Assembly: GCF_009914755.1 (NCBI RefSeq)
Contig: NC_060941.1
Length of the DNA: 64,000 nt
From: the human T2T-CHM13v2.0 reference genome, Homo sapiens
Strand: one strand, 5' to 3'
The stretch's first letter is position 1. Every line of letters starts with the position of its first letter. The notes below the pieces were generated by a model. That model was not told the DNA's origin. It worked only from the letters and a program-made list of their open reading frames with translations, and made no database searches. Of this stretch, positions 1 to 33,099 are shown piece after piece. A program made the translations under genes and the position numbers.

Positions 1-45
1 GAGGGCCCCCGTGCAGGGCAGCTCAGTGGCCCTACCCCAGCACAC

Positions 46-5189
<5,144 letters not shown>

Positions 5190-5399
5190 GGTCTCGCCCG
5201 CGCGCTCCCGGGCTCCACCGCCCACCCAAAGGGCTAATGGCCCCTGCCGCGCCTGCGCACACCCGCAAACCGACGCGCGAGCGCGGACAGGACTGACCCA
5301 GTACGGGAGAGAAGCAAAGGGGAAAAAGCACGGATCTGCGAGGGTGGCGGCGGGGGGCGGGCCGCGGGGTGCGACTCAAAGCCCCGGTCTCAGCGGCCG

Positions 5400-5600
5400 C
5401 CGCGCGCCACCGCCACCGACGCCGCGAGCTTCCTCCAGGTACCCGCCCACCTCTCCTCATGTCACGTGACTTAAAGGCAGCCACCCCGCGCTCCTCAGCC
5501 GCCCTCCGTCACGTGATCCCCTCCCAATCACGTGACCGTCTGACTCCGCCTAGTGCCGCCGCCACATGATCGCTGCCTTCAGCAACGGTCTCCCAGCCCC
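5400..5600 (-). promoter_or_regulatory. DVL2 CpG-island promoter with three TCACGTGA E-boxes (USF/TFE-CLEAR/MYC type)
   Basis: TCACGTGA at 5462-5469 (within the perfect GTCACGTGAC), 5509-5516 and 5528-5535, just upstream of the DVL2 5'UTR. Confidence 0.75.
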
Positions 5601-5980
5601 CAAACGTGTACCCCAGCCGAGGTCCTCTGAGCACCCAGGCTAAGCTGGCCTGTGCCTTCAGGAAACGGACCATCGGCTCCCACCCCGCTTTACCCCACCC
5701 ACGATGGAGCACGAAGCAACTCTGACCCGCAGGAGTGTGCGTGCAGGGAGTGAAGGTGGGGACTGTGGGGGTTCCTAGACTCGAGTGGGGAGGGCCAAAT
5801 ACAATGAAAGCTCTAAGGTGGCTTACTTGTCTTGGGGTGGGAAAGGCCCAGTGCTGTGATATCTTCAGATTGGACTTTGAGACGTGGGTTTCAGCCCCAC
5901 CTCCAGCTAGTCTTCAGCCACCAAAGCCTCCCTCCCGAGCAGGACAGTGAGGGCTATAAACACAAAAGAGCCCACTCTGC

Positions 5981-5986
5981 TTTATT
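5981..5986 (-). terminator. PHF23 polyadenylation signal AATAAA
   Basis: TTTATT on the + strand ~570 nt after the PHF23 stop codon, with GU/U-rich sequence downstream on the minus strand. Confidence 0.75.
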
Positions 5987-6552
5987 TACAACACGCAGGC
6001 TGTCTGTACAAACAGCGGCCGATATTATTAAAAACAAAAGAGGTGAGTGAGAATCGTCACCTTTCTGCTTTCCTTCCTCACTTGGCCAGGCTCTAGTACT
6101 CCACCTTTGAGCTGCCATGCCCAATAGGGGAAGTCCAAAATTAAAAATACAACCGGTGTAGAAGAAAATAAATGGGGAGTGAAATAGAAGAAAAGATGAG
6201 GGAGGGGAGTGCTAATATTTACACTAGAGTTTTATAGACAACTGTCCCATTCCATCCCAATTCCAATCCTGACCCAGAAAGTGATGGTGGCAGGTCCAAG
6301 AGACAGAGATTATGTGTCGGGACACAGACAGCCTCCCATCCCCAACCGTAATGGATTCAATTTCAAGTCCACAGAGTGGGGAGGAAGGATAGGGTGGGAA
6401 AGTGAGACACTCATTTTCAAACAAGTCTCCCTTGAGAATTCCTGCCTTGAAGTGCAGACAGTATCCAAGCTCCAGGGGATAGGCTGAGGACCCTGAGGCT
6501 CAGTTCCCAAATCATGTTGTCATTTGGAAGTTCCAGGCTAAAGTTGGTGCCA

Positions 6553-9500
6553 TCAGGGCTCTCCAGATTTGGGAGGCCCCCCTAACCGCCGGGCCTCTGG
6601 CCTCAGTTCCTTGCATTTCTGGCAATAAAAGAAGTCGGGGACGTTGGTCTTCTTAATCTTAGCACAGGAGAGGTGGATCCACGTCCCACACAGGCTGCAC
6701 TCAATCATGGGCCGCCCTGCAAAGGGCTTTCGACAGTAACATGTGATCAGATCCCATGAGTCATCACCTGGGGAAAAAAAGGTTTGTTTGGTATTCTGCC
6801 TGAGCTGTTGGATCCACAACACCCTCAAACCCCTCGCCCCAGCCCAAACCTCTCACCTGATTCTACCATGATGTCCTCGTCCATGACCCGCATCTCGCCT
6901 TCACTGGAGCTGGCATCTCCATCTTGGCTTGTTTCAGTGCTGCCCACCTCCTTGCTTTCACTGTCAGCAGGAGGGACTCCTTCAGGGTGCACTGTGGCAG
7001 GGGGCCTAGGAGCCTCAGGGGGTGTTGGCAGCACAGGGACTGGGGCTTCACCCCCTACCACTGTTGCCATCTCTTCTTCTTCTTCCTCTTCCTCCTCTTC
7101 CTCCTCCTCTTCAGAGTCTGTATCACTGGGGGGTGCCTGGGGAGGCCCAGGAGGTGGGAGTCTATCCCCCCGTTCTGCCTTTTTTAACTTCCGCTTCTTG
7201 CTCTTCTTGATTCGAGATCTCTTTTCCCCATCCCCAGGAGTTGGCCGAGGCCTCCGAAGCACCCCAAAGCCAGCCCCAGCTCCTGGCCCCAACTTTCGGT
7301 TCTTTCGGTCCTTCTTTCGAGGAGGATGGGAGAGGTCCCCCTGGGAAAGGGGCACGGGGGTAAGAGCAGCAGGGGGCCGGGAGGTATGTGTCAGGGATGT
7401 GGGGGACAAAGGAGATGCCACTTTGGGCCCATCCAGATCAAAGAGAGAGTCCTTGAGCTTCATCTTCTCAAGCAAGGTAGCACTGTCGGGGGCCTGCAGA
7501 CGAGAGAAAGTGGACCTTGGGGGTCCTGGCTGGGTGGGACCTGCTTGAGCTGCCCTTCTCTTGGATGACTTTGCTTTCTTAACAAAAGTCTGGATGGTTC
7601 GAAGATCTGAGGGGGCCGAGTCCCAGCCATCACTGTCGGCCGCACTCTCTCCTCGCAATGGAGAGCTGGAGCCAGAGGCTGGCCAGTCACTTTCCTTAAA
7701 AGGGGGAAGAGACCAGGGTCAGCAGAACCCCAGTGTCATCTCAGCCCCTCCACAAACCCAGCTTGAAAAGGAGTGACTGGATTTACCCCAAAATGTCCTA
7801 CCTCAACCACTAAATCCCACTGTACTCCAAAAACTTCTCCCCACCCCAATTCCCATCAGCATGTCCTCTTGACCAGTCCGTGTTACCTCTACCCTCAAGT
7901 CTGACACCTCACCGCTGCCCCTGCCCAGGGCCTGTGGAACACTGTATCACCCAGACCGGAGCCGTTATGTCCTTAGCTCTTTTTCTGTATAGCCTCATTT
8001 GTTACCATTTTCATCTCCCTAAAATTTATCCATAAACACCTTCCATTCACAGCACCTCAAGACTATGCCAAAATCTCAACCAGCGACTCCAAATCCCCCT
8101 TCCTTTTCACTGCTGTTCAAGCTAGCTATCCCGGCCATCCACTCCCCGCATACCAGCTTTCCTACCACAGCCCTAAGAGTCTCCAACTTCCCTGGTCTTA
8201 CATATAATTTCTAGGGGCCTCCTTCTATAAAGCAATACAGTTCTGTTTGAACAACAGTCACTCTATAGTCCCACCACACCAGCCTCAAGTCAGTAATTCT
8301 CTTGCCCCTACCTCTTTGCTAGGGGGAATGTAACCAGCATATGCCAAAACAAAACTGCAGAATTTGTTGAAATCCTCAATTGTTCTCCGCCGTTTCTCTG
8401 GTGGCTGAAAGGAAGGAGATATGGATCACATGCAAAGCCACACAGTTTAAGAATGGCATTCCCAGAAACACAGTCCCTAAGTGAGGTCTAGAAAAGGGGG
8501 GCGGGGGGCGTTGTCAGGCAGGGCTACTAGGCTGCAAAGGTAAGGCAAACCTCACCTGAGTCTCTGGCTTAAGGGTCGGAGGTGGATCTGGAAAAGCAAT
8601 AAAAGCTGAGTCAAGACACTAGGAACAATCTGTGTAAAACTCCCCCTCTAAACCCCGTTGTTCCTAAGTGAACCCCCTGCTCTCCCAGGTCCCTCTGCCA
8701 GGCCAGCAGGCCCCCAGCTGTGTTGGATCCGCCCCGGCTCCCCCTTCCGCCCCGCGAGGGGCGGAGCCTGGGCGCGGCGCCCTCTGAGGCCTCGCTATAG
8801 CGCTCCCCTTCCCCCAACCGGAGGCCCGGCGCCCCGCCCCCCCAACTCACGGTCTCTCTCGACTCCAGTCTACTCGGATCCCTCAGCGCCCCACCCCACC
8901 GTACCGCTCCCGGGGCCGCGTCCGGGCCGCCGCCAGCCGCCCCCGTCCTTCACACGCGCCCGGAGCCCCGAGTTCCTACCCGGCCGCGCTCCACCGCCTC
9001 GGGCCCTCCGAGACCGCACACGCCGCCCGCCAGCCCCCAGGGTCCAGGATGACCACGCCGAACCGCTCCCCGCCCTCCGGCCCCTTCTACTCGAGCACGC
9101 GGCCCGGCGCGCCCCTCACCCCCACCCCAGACACACACAGGCACACGCATCCAACGCTACTTCACGGCCGGGACAGACCCGGGAGCTCTAACCCGGACGC
9201 GGCCCCCACCTGCCCCCCCACCCGCCCATACCGCGCTCCCCACAATTTCGCCGTCCCTCCGCCCCCATCCGGGGCTTTGGCCCCTCCCCGTCTCCAGCTT
9301 TTCGGGCTCCCCACCGGGCCCCCCGGCCCTGTTCCTAGCCCTCTCCGGCCGCCGCCCCCCCCTCCGCCCCCGTACTCACCACCCAGTTACTAGGCTATGG
9401 ACCCCTCAACTCTGGCCCCTTCCCCCCAACCAGCCACTCTCTCTCTCTCTCCACAGCAGCCACCGCTGCTGCCGCCGATGCCCCCCTCACCCTCAGCAAC

Positions 9501-10204
9501 TCCCAGGCTCTTAACCCTCGCGGACCAACCCTACCCCCCCGCCCGACAAGTCGCCGGTCTTAACCCCCCCCACCCCGCCCCACCACCCCCTACAACTACC
9601 CAGCTCGCCTCGCTTCCTGGCTCGCTCTCTCCACAACTACCCCCCGGTACAGGTCCGTCTGCCGTAGACAATACCCAGACCCCCTCTTCTCCCCACAACT
9701 ACCTGCCCACCTCTCCGACAATCACCGGGCATTCTCCGGCGGCAACTACTCGGAGCTCCGGTACCACCGCCACAAACTACCCCACCTCGGCGAACTACCG
9801 GGCCCCTCACTCAGCCTCTTCTACGTCCTCCCTCCTGAGCAACTCTCCGGCCACTGGATTCCCCTAACCTTCCAGTTCCAGGGCCCCAATCTGCCGGTGG
9901 CCCTTTCGGGCCCTAACCCCCGAGGCTCCGGGTTTCAAGCTCCTATCCCCCGCACCCCCACACCGTCTGATCTCCAACTACCCCAGCCCAGTTTCCCACT
10001 CCTCTTTCTCCAAGGTCTCTCAACTCGTCGCTCTCCCACCTCCAGGGCCAGCCTCCCGACCCCCTCCCCGAACTCCCCCGCTGGGCTCCGGGGCTCGACC
10101 TCCAAGTTTGCCAATTGATTCCTCGCCCGCCCCCCGCCGGCTCAGCGCTCTGCACCGGTCGAGAGCTCACCTTCGGGACTGGGCTCCGCCATGGCTTCCA
10201 GCAT
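6553..10204 (-). CDS. PHF23: PHD finger protein 23 (403 aa), 5 coding exons
   Basis: Exons 10204-10171, 8587-8556, 8404-8312, 7694-6857, 6767-6553 total 1212 nt. Starts [12 protein letters not shown]; basic [10 protein letters not shown] stretch; poly-Glu; C-terminal PHD finger [43 protein letters not shown]. Confidence 0.97.
7071..7112 (-). repeat. Coding GAA/GAG triplet repeat (poly-Glu, ~14 residues) in PHF23 exon 4
   Basis: ctcttcttcttcttcctcttcctcctcttcctcctcctcttc on the + strand; translates to the poly-E run in DSE...EM. Confidence 0.9.
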
Positions 10205-10900
10205 CGCCCCCTCCCCTCCTCCCGGTCCGGCGCCCCCCTCCCCGGAGCCGGGGATCCCGGTGCCGCCTCTAGTGCTCGATGCTCCCACTGCTTCGCTCCA
10301 CAGAAGTGTCCGCCTCAGCCCGGTTGAGACTCGAGTCCGCTAGCCGCTGCCGCCACCTCCCTCTACCACTGCCTCCCGCACTCCCGGACCGGGCCCCCTC
10401 CCCCCGCGCCGCCGGCCGCCTGCTCCCTCCTCCTCCTCCTCCTCCTCCTCTCTCCTCCCTCCCTCCTCTTCTCTCCCTCCTCCCCCCGCCGGCGCCGAGG
10501 CGCAGTGCACCAAGGGTTTTGTAGTCCGTCCGGGAACAGCGGAAAAGGGACCGCATGAACCTCCGGAACTTTGATTCCCAGAAAGCCACAGGCTGGCGCA
10601 GGCGCACCAAGCCGCTCCCCTCCCCCGGGGAGCGGCGGGGAGACCAGGAGCCGGAGGGGAGAGCGGAAGTGCGCGCGCAGGCCCCTGGGAGATGTAGGCT
10701 GGGCGGGACCAAGAAAGAAGAGGAAGAAGGGATTAGAACTCTCGGCCACCATACTGCCTCGTTCTGCAGCTTCTTTCTCCCCAGGAGGACCGCCCCACTT
10801 CCGGCCTGCCGGAGAAATGATTGCTGGGAGTTGAAGTATTCCTGGCGATAATGGCTCCCGCTCCCAGTCTTCTCCCTCCCTGATTCCACTCTGCCGGATC
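8700..10900. promoter_or_regulatory. PHF23 CpG island (promoter, exon 1, intron 1) with a (CCT)n tract near 10425-10450 and ETS motifs
   Basis: Very high GC and CpG content; CGGAAGT (~10663) and ACTTCCGG (~10797); strongly C-rich skew on the + strand. Confidence 0.75.
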
Positions 10901-11363
10901 CCACACACCGGCAAAAGTCTAGCCAAGTGACATGCAACTGAGAACAGCCGTTTTACTAGCTTGCACACATGAAAATATCTTAGTTAGAATGTTCTAGCAA
11001 ATGTGGATGTTCACCTAAAGCAGGTACTTCGGAACTTTCTCCACAGGAACCCACAGTAAAAAAAAATTTTTTTTTACATGAGCATTTTTAACATTTAGTT
11101 TCACATGCGTGTTATAAAACTAAAGTTTCAAGAAATAATCCTCAGTATTCCATTCCATCACAACAAAAGCACCCTCTTTTTGCAGACAGGGAAAAGCCCA
11201 ACATGAACAGAATAAACCAAAATATACTTCTATCCCTCCAGCTTGTACCCAGTACTCTTCTTTCCCCACCACTGAAACCCACTGACACCTTGGAAAGACT
11301 TAAAATCAGCGGGACGAGGGGAGCAACACAAGGCAAAATTCAGTTCAGCTTGGTGGTTTCCTC

Positions 11364-11369
11364 TTTATT
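11364..11369 (-). terminator. GABARAP polyadenylation signal AATAAA
   Basis: TTTATT on the + strand ~410 nt downstream of the GABARAP stop codon. Confidence 0.8.
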
Positions 11370-11778
11370 GATGTGCCTCCTACCTTCCCCCCACAATTTC
11401 AGTCCCTTCCAACTACCCCCAAAAAAGAAGGTAGTGAAAGGAAGGGATTGCTGGGGTTCTGAGCCCCTTGGGCAGTCAGAAAGGGAACAGAAACCAAAAC
11501 AATCACTGGATGTGACACAGACTGACAATCAAGAAGTCTACAGCAGGATGGGAAAGGCGGGCAGAGAAAGGGGAAGAAAGGAGAAAGGAGAGTTACAAGA
11601 TGCCAACTCCACCATTACCCCTCCTAAGAGAGGCTGGAGAGAAAGCCACAAACATTAAGAAGTGCCGGTCCTGAATAAGGGAGGTGGTGTTTGAGCTTGA
11701 AGGAGGAGGAGGTCAAGAAAGGGGGGCCACCTCTCTCTTTGTAGAATGAGACCCCCCTCCAGCTCAGGGGCAGCAGCT

Positions 11779-14160
<2,382 letters not shown>

Positions 14161-14193
14161 GGTTTCTCCAGCTCTACGCCCTTTGGCCGTCCA

Positions 14194-14377
14194 GGTTTCT
14201 CCTTTCGTGCTTCCATAGCCGGTTTCTCCTTTCGTGCTTCCATAGCCTGCTTCTCCGAAGGTGTCCTTCCACTCCCCACCAGCGCGCCCATCCTGTCACT
14301 CGGCCCTTCCCGCCAAAGCATCTGGTGTCAGCATTATTGTATCCCAGGCATCTGGTGTCCGCATTATTCTATCCCTA
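14194..14377 (+). repeat. Two short tandem duplications (27 bp x2 and 30 bp x2)
   Basis: GGTTTCTCCTTTCGTGCTTCCATAGCC at 14194-14220 and 14221-14247; GCATCTGGTGTC(A/C)GCATTATT(G/C)TATCCC.. at 14318-14347 and 14348-14377. Confidence 0.9.
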
Positions 14378-15107
14378 TACTCAACGCCACCTTTCCCCCT
14401 GCCCCTTGAGTCCAACAGCAGTCTCTTCCCCCTCTGCCTGTGGGACAGGGTGCATGTGAACAAAGTCCCCTCTCTTCACTTCCCAAAACCCCAGAGAAGG
14501 ACCTAAGGCCGCTTTGGTTTCAAAGTTATAATGCATGGTTTAAAAGAGAGAAAAGGAAAAAAGACACAAAGCTGGTTACAGGTCTGAGGGAGTCTAAGGA
14601 GAGAAAAATAGAGGGAGAGTAAAGGGGGGACAAATTTAGGGAAAATCCAGTGGCCCAAAATCCCAGTATCCCACCCACAGCCCAGCCCTTGGAGCAGGAG
14701 TGAAGAATTAGATCAGTTTTGTACAAGAGTTTTTTAAAAAAAATCAAATCACAACAAAGCTGACTTGGCTTCTCTTTGAGCCTCCTGGATCACCGTATGT
14801 CTGTCACTCTGGCCAGTCCTGCCTCTTCACAAACACTGATTCGGCTCTCCTAGGCTTCCGCCTGTGTCCCAGTCTGGGGTTTCCATGGAGTGTGAACACG
14901 AAGTTAAGAGTGAGGCTGCTTCAGAGCCCCTGGCCCATGTGTCCATCCAGACTCCCAAGTGGAGTGTAGGGCTCCCAGGGCAGAGAGGGGTGGGAGGGGC
15001 AGACCCTGCCCAGGCAGTCCTCACATTGGACAGGGCATCAGACGGCATCCCAAGGGCTCGCCCTCCCTTTCCCCCCCACCCCAACTCAGGTGGAGGGGGA
15101 GCAGCTG

Positions 15108-22219
<7,112 letters not shown>

Positions 22220-22859
22220 CCCGATGACCCCGGCACCGCCGGCCCCGGGGCCCCCGCGGCCCAGCTCCGCCAGCCCCCCGGGGGCAGCCCCCCGCCGCCG
22301 GGAGGGGGAACGGGGGCCCCGAGTGGCAGGAGAGGCTGCAGAGAGGGGCACGGAGCGGGCGGCTCAGAAAGCCACCCCTGGCGAGGGTAAAGCCCAGCGG
22401 AACGGGGAGCTGGGGGACAGGCGTGGGCAGCCCGCGGGGGCCCACATGGGCTGGGAGTGGCACCGACGGCTTCGGGGAGGTTGCGGGCCGAGACAGGTAG
22501 GGCTAGGATGGGGTCCTCCGAGACCTGGAGGGAAGGGGAAGGATAATTGGGGGAGGGGGCAGTGGGGGAGGGGGCTAGGGAAAAGGGAGGAAGGGAAAAG
22601 GGAAGGGGAGGGGGGGAAAGCAGAGAGTGGCCCGCTGCGCAGGCGCGCTAGGGGGCTGCTCGCAGGAACGGGGAGGGCGGGGGCAGCGGCGCGCAAAGGG
22701 CCGCGGCAGCGGAGAACGGGCCTGCAGAGCGAAGGAGCAGGGAAGGAGGGGGAGGGGGAGCCGGAGGGCGCAGAGCGCTGGGCCGGAGCGGCCTCCCCCT
22801 CCCCGAGCTCGGGGGTCCTTTAGCCGCTGGGGACCGGGGCTGCAGCCTCTGCAGCTGGG

Positions 22860-23150
22860 TTTCCCACTCTGACAGGCGCCATTTTACCGTCCAAAGGACT
22901 CCCTCTTCCTGTCTTTCCCCCTCCTCTTCCCCTTTGACACTACTTCCGGTGGTGACGTGTATTCGCTTCACCGGGACTAAGTTCCTCCTGCGCGGTCTAT
23001 GGCGGGTAGGTATAAGGAAAGCCAAAAGCACTCCAAGCGAGGCTGCAGTATTGCGCACGCGCAGAAGGTGGCCGCGGGGCGGGGCCTGAGGCGAAGCAGG
23101 CCCCGCCTCAAACTGCGTGGGCGGGGAGAGTGACGTCACTTGGCCCGCGC
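22860..23150. promoter_or_regulatory. Bidirectional CTDNEP1/ELP5 promoter
   Basis: Head-to-head genes share a CpG island. YY1 CGCCATTTT 22877-22885, ETS ACTTCCGGT 22942-22950, NRF1-like TGCGCACGCGCA 23052-23063, CRE TGACGTCA 23131-23138. Confidence 0.8.
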
Positions 23151-23425
23151 TTAGGGCCCTCGCGGGGGGCTTGTGGGTCCTCCTCCCCCTCCCACTGACA
23201 ACTGCCCCAACTGCTCTTCCCGCCCCGGTCACAGTGAAAATGTAGACGGGGTCGTTGTCCGTACGACTGTGCGCCAGGGCTCGGGGAGGGGCGCCCTCCG
23301 CGTGAGCGCCCCCCTGGGAATATTGAACATAATCACCTCTCATTCCAGACTATGTTAGGTCTTAATGGTGGGAGGACGCCCGAGTGCTCGGCCCGTTTCA
23401 CCCCGAGGAGGAAGGACACTGGGTC

Positions 23426-30608
<7,183 letters not shown>

Positions 30609-30830
30609 CTGGCCAGATTTGATTAGATTGTAATTGGAGGGGGCGCGGGAAGACTTTGGGCCCAGAACCATCTTTCTATTGTTTGTGTTAGCCTTACCCT
30701 GTCCCTGCCCCACCTTGGTTCCCCTTGTCTATGGAGCCCCGCCTTGTGAGCCAGGAAGCAGCGTCTCATCAGGACAGAAGGTAGGATGAAGACATGGGGT
30801 AATGTGAGAGAGTAGAACACCCCCGTACCT

Positions 30831-30836
30831 AATAAA
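30831..30836 (+). terminator. ELP5 polyadenylation signal AATAAA
   Basis: AATAAA ~220 nt after the ELP5 stop codon. Confidence 0.75.
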
Positions 30837-30840
30837 AATC

Positions 30841-30854
30841 TTTATTTTTTTATT
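30841..30854 (-). terminator. CLDN7 tandem polyadenylation signals (AATAAA x2)
   Basis: TTTATT at 30841-30846 and 30849-30854; a further proximal TTTATT at 31078-31083. Confidence 0.75.
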
Positions 30855-31296
30855 AAAAAAGAAGTACTTTGGTAGCTATTTAAATAAGAGGGGGGTGGGA
30901 ATGAATGTCGAGATACGAGCACCTGCATCTTTTAGTCAATTGTCAGTGGAGTCAGTGGGGTGCTAAGTGTTCTGAACTGAAGTAGGTGCACTAAGGTTCC
31001 AAGCTCCCTGCAAGGATCTGGACGGGAGGAAAGCAGAGGCCCTGAAGGGAAAAAAGCCTGCTTCCCAATACTTATTTTTTATTACTGTACAAAAAGCACA
31101 CTCTCCCTCTTTTTGTCTCTCCCACCAACGGCACCCCCCCACCCCCAACCCAAGAGGACTATACATGGAGTGCAGGGACAGAGTGACCAGGAGGCCTTTG
31201 TCCGGCACCCTGCCCACAGGCTGAGCTCAGCCCCAGGCCCTTTCAGGCATCTAGACACTCCCATAGCCTGTCAGGCTGGGGCAAGGAGATCCCAGG

Positions 31297-32966
31297 TCAC
31301 ACATACTCCTTGGAAGAGTTGGACTTAGGGTAAGAGCGGGGTACACGGTACCCAGCCTTGCTCTCATTCCCAGGACAGGAACAGGAGAGCAGTGCACCTC
31401 CCAGGATGACTAGGGCAGACCCTGCCCAGCCAATAAAGATGGCAGGGCCAAACTCATACCTGTGAAGAGAAGGGGGTGGTTAGAAACCCTGGCGTGCCTC
31501 TGCCCTCCTCCCTATTCCAGGACCCCAGACCTGTCCCCTTAGGAGGCAGGGTTCCCAGACTTACTTAATGTTGGTAGGGATCAAAGGGTTATAAAAGTCT
31601 GTGACAATCTGATGGCCATACCAGGAGCAAGCTACCAAGGCGGCAAGACCTGGAGACAGAATGAGGGTTTCAGTATAGTGAGGCCCCAAATGGGCGCCTT
31701 GCCCAGCCTTGCTCCTCCCAGATGGGAGAACCCGGGGGCTCACCTGCCACGATGAAAATTATGCCTCCACCCATGGCTATACGGGCCTTCTTCACTTTGT
31801 CGTCTCCCCCACAGCGCGTGCACTTCATGCCCATCGTGGCCACAAACATGGCCAGGAAGCCCAGCACCAGGGAGACCACCATTAGGGCTCGAGTGGCCTG
31901 CAAGGCCGCTGCGGGCGAGGGGAAAGGGCGCCGTCATTGCTGGAAATGCAGGCGGCTCCAGCCTTCGTGCCGCCGGCCGCGCCCACTAACCGCTGGACCT
32001 CTTCTGTCCGGCGCCGTGTTCTGCCGAGGGCCAGGGGCGCCCAGGTGTCCAAGACCTGGGCCAAGCGGGCAGGTCCCCGCCCCTCCCGACAGCGCGGCCT
32101 TCCTGCTCCCGCCCCGCCCTCTCCGCTCAAGGATCCGCCCGGGGCGCCGGGGTTTCGGTGAAACTGCCCTGGATAGGGGGAAGGGTGAAAGGGTGCAGCG
32201 AAGAGAAGCCGAGACGGTGGTCCGAAGCCCCGCGCGGCGCACATGCCAGCCGGCGTCCCTGCTCTGAGCCCGCTATCGAGGCCACCGGGTTTGTGGCTTC
32301 GGCTAATCGGCCGATAAGATTAGAGGCAGCAGGCGGCGGCCCACTCTGACCAGCCGCACCGCCCTTCGGCCCTCGGCGCGCCCCGTGCCCCGCGCCCCGG
32401 GGCCGTTTCTGTCTGAGAAAAGGACGGGAGATGACGGAGGCCATGGCCTGCCCGGGAATGGAGGAGGGGATGGCCCCGGCCTAAGCACCGCTGCTCCGAG
32501 CCGGGGACGAGGCTGGGTTGGGGGAGGAAGAGGAACGTGGGCGACCGAGGTGCGCGCCCACGTGCAGCCGCCGGAACCCCGGCCCGCTCCCGCCCAGCCC
32601 CGCCGCCCCCAGCCGACCACTTCCTCGCCCTGCAGCTCCCCGGCAACCCAGGGCCCCCAGCCGTGGGGCCTCGGCTCTCCCACGCGCGCCACCCCGCCAC
32701 CTCGGTCAAGGGCGCGTCCGCCCCGTCGGTCCCGCGGCCTTACCGGACAGGGCGAGCACCGAGTCGTACATTTTGCAGCTCATCATCCCCGTGCTCTGCG
32801 TGACGCAGTCCATCCACAGCCCCTTGTACATGGCCTGGGCCGTGATGATGTTGTCACCCGCATAGGAGCTCATCTGCCACTGCGGGATGGCGGTGCAGGC
32901 CACCAGACCCACCCAGCCCAGCAGGGCCATGGAGAAGCCCAGCAACTGCAGGCCCGAATTGGCCAT
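31297..32966 (-). CDS. CLDN7: Claudin-7 (211 aa), 4 coding exons
   Basis: Exons 32966-32744, 31908-31744, 31649-31565, 31459-31297 total 636 nt. [20 protein letters not shown]; claudin W-GLW-C-C signature; C-terminal PDZ-binding SKEYV. Confidence 0.99.
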
Positions 32967-33099
32967 TTCCGCCCTCAGAAAACACTGGGGGCGCCGGGCG
33001 GGGAGACCCTACAGTAAAACAAACGACACTTGGGGGGCAGCCCCACAAAAGAAAACTTGAGGTGGAGTTTTCCGGTCACCCAAAGAGACAAAAAGGGTT

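Noticed and set aside
6784-7548. 254-aa + strand ORF
   Set aside because: Antisense shadow of PHF23 exon 4 (poly-Ser mirrors poly-Glu); non-ATG start.
9593-9981. Repeat-spacer appearance suggesting a CRISPR-like array
   Set aside because: Repeats are only 6-7 bp with irregular spacing, this is a human intron, and there are no cas genes; kept only as a motif cluster.
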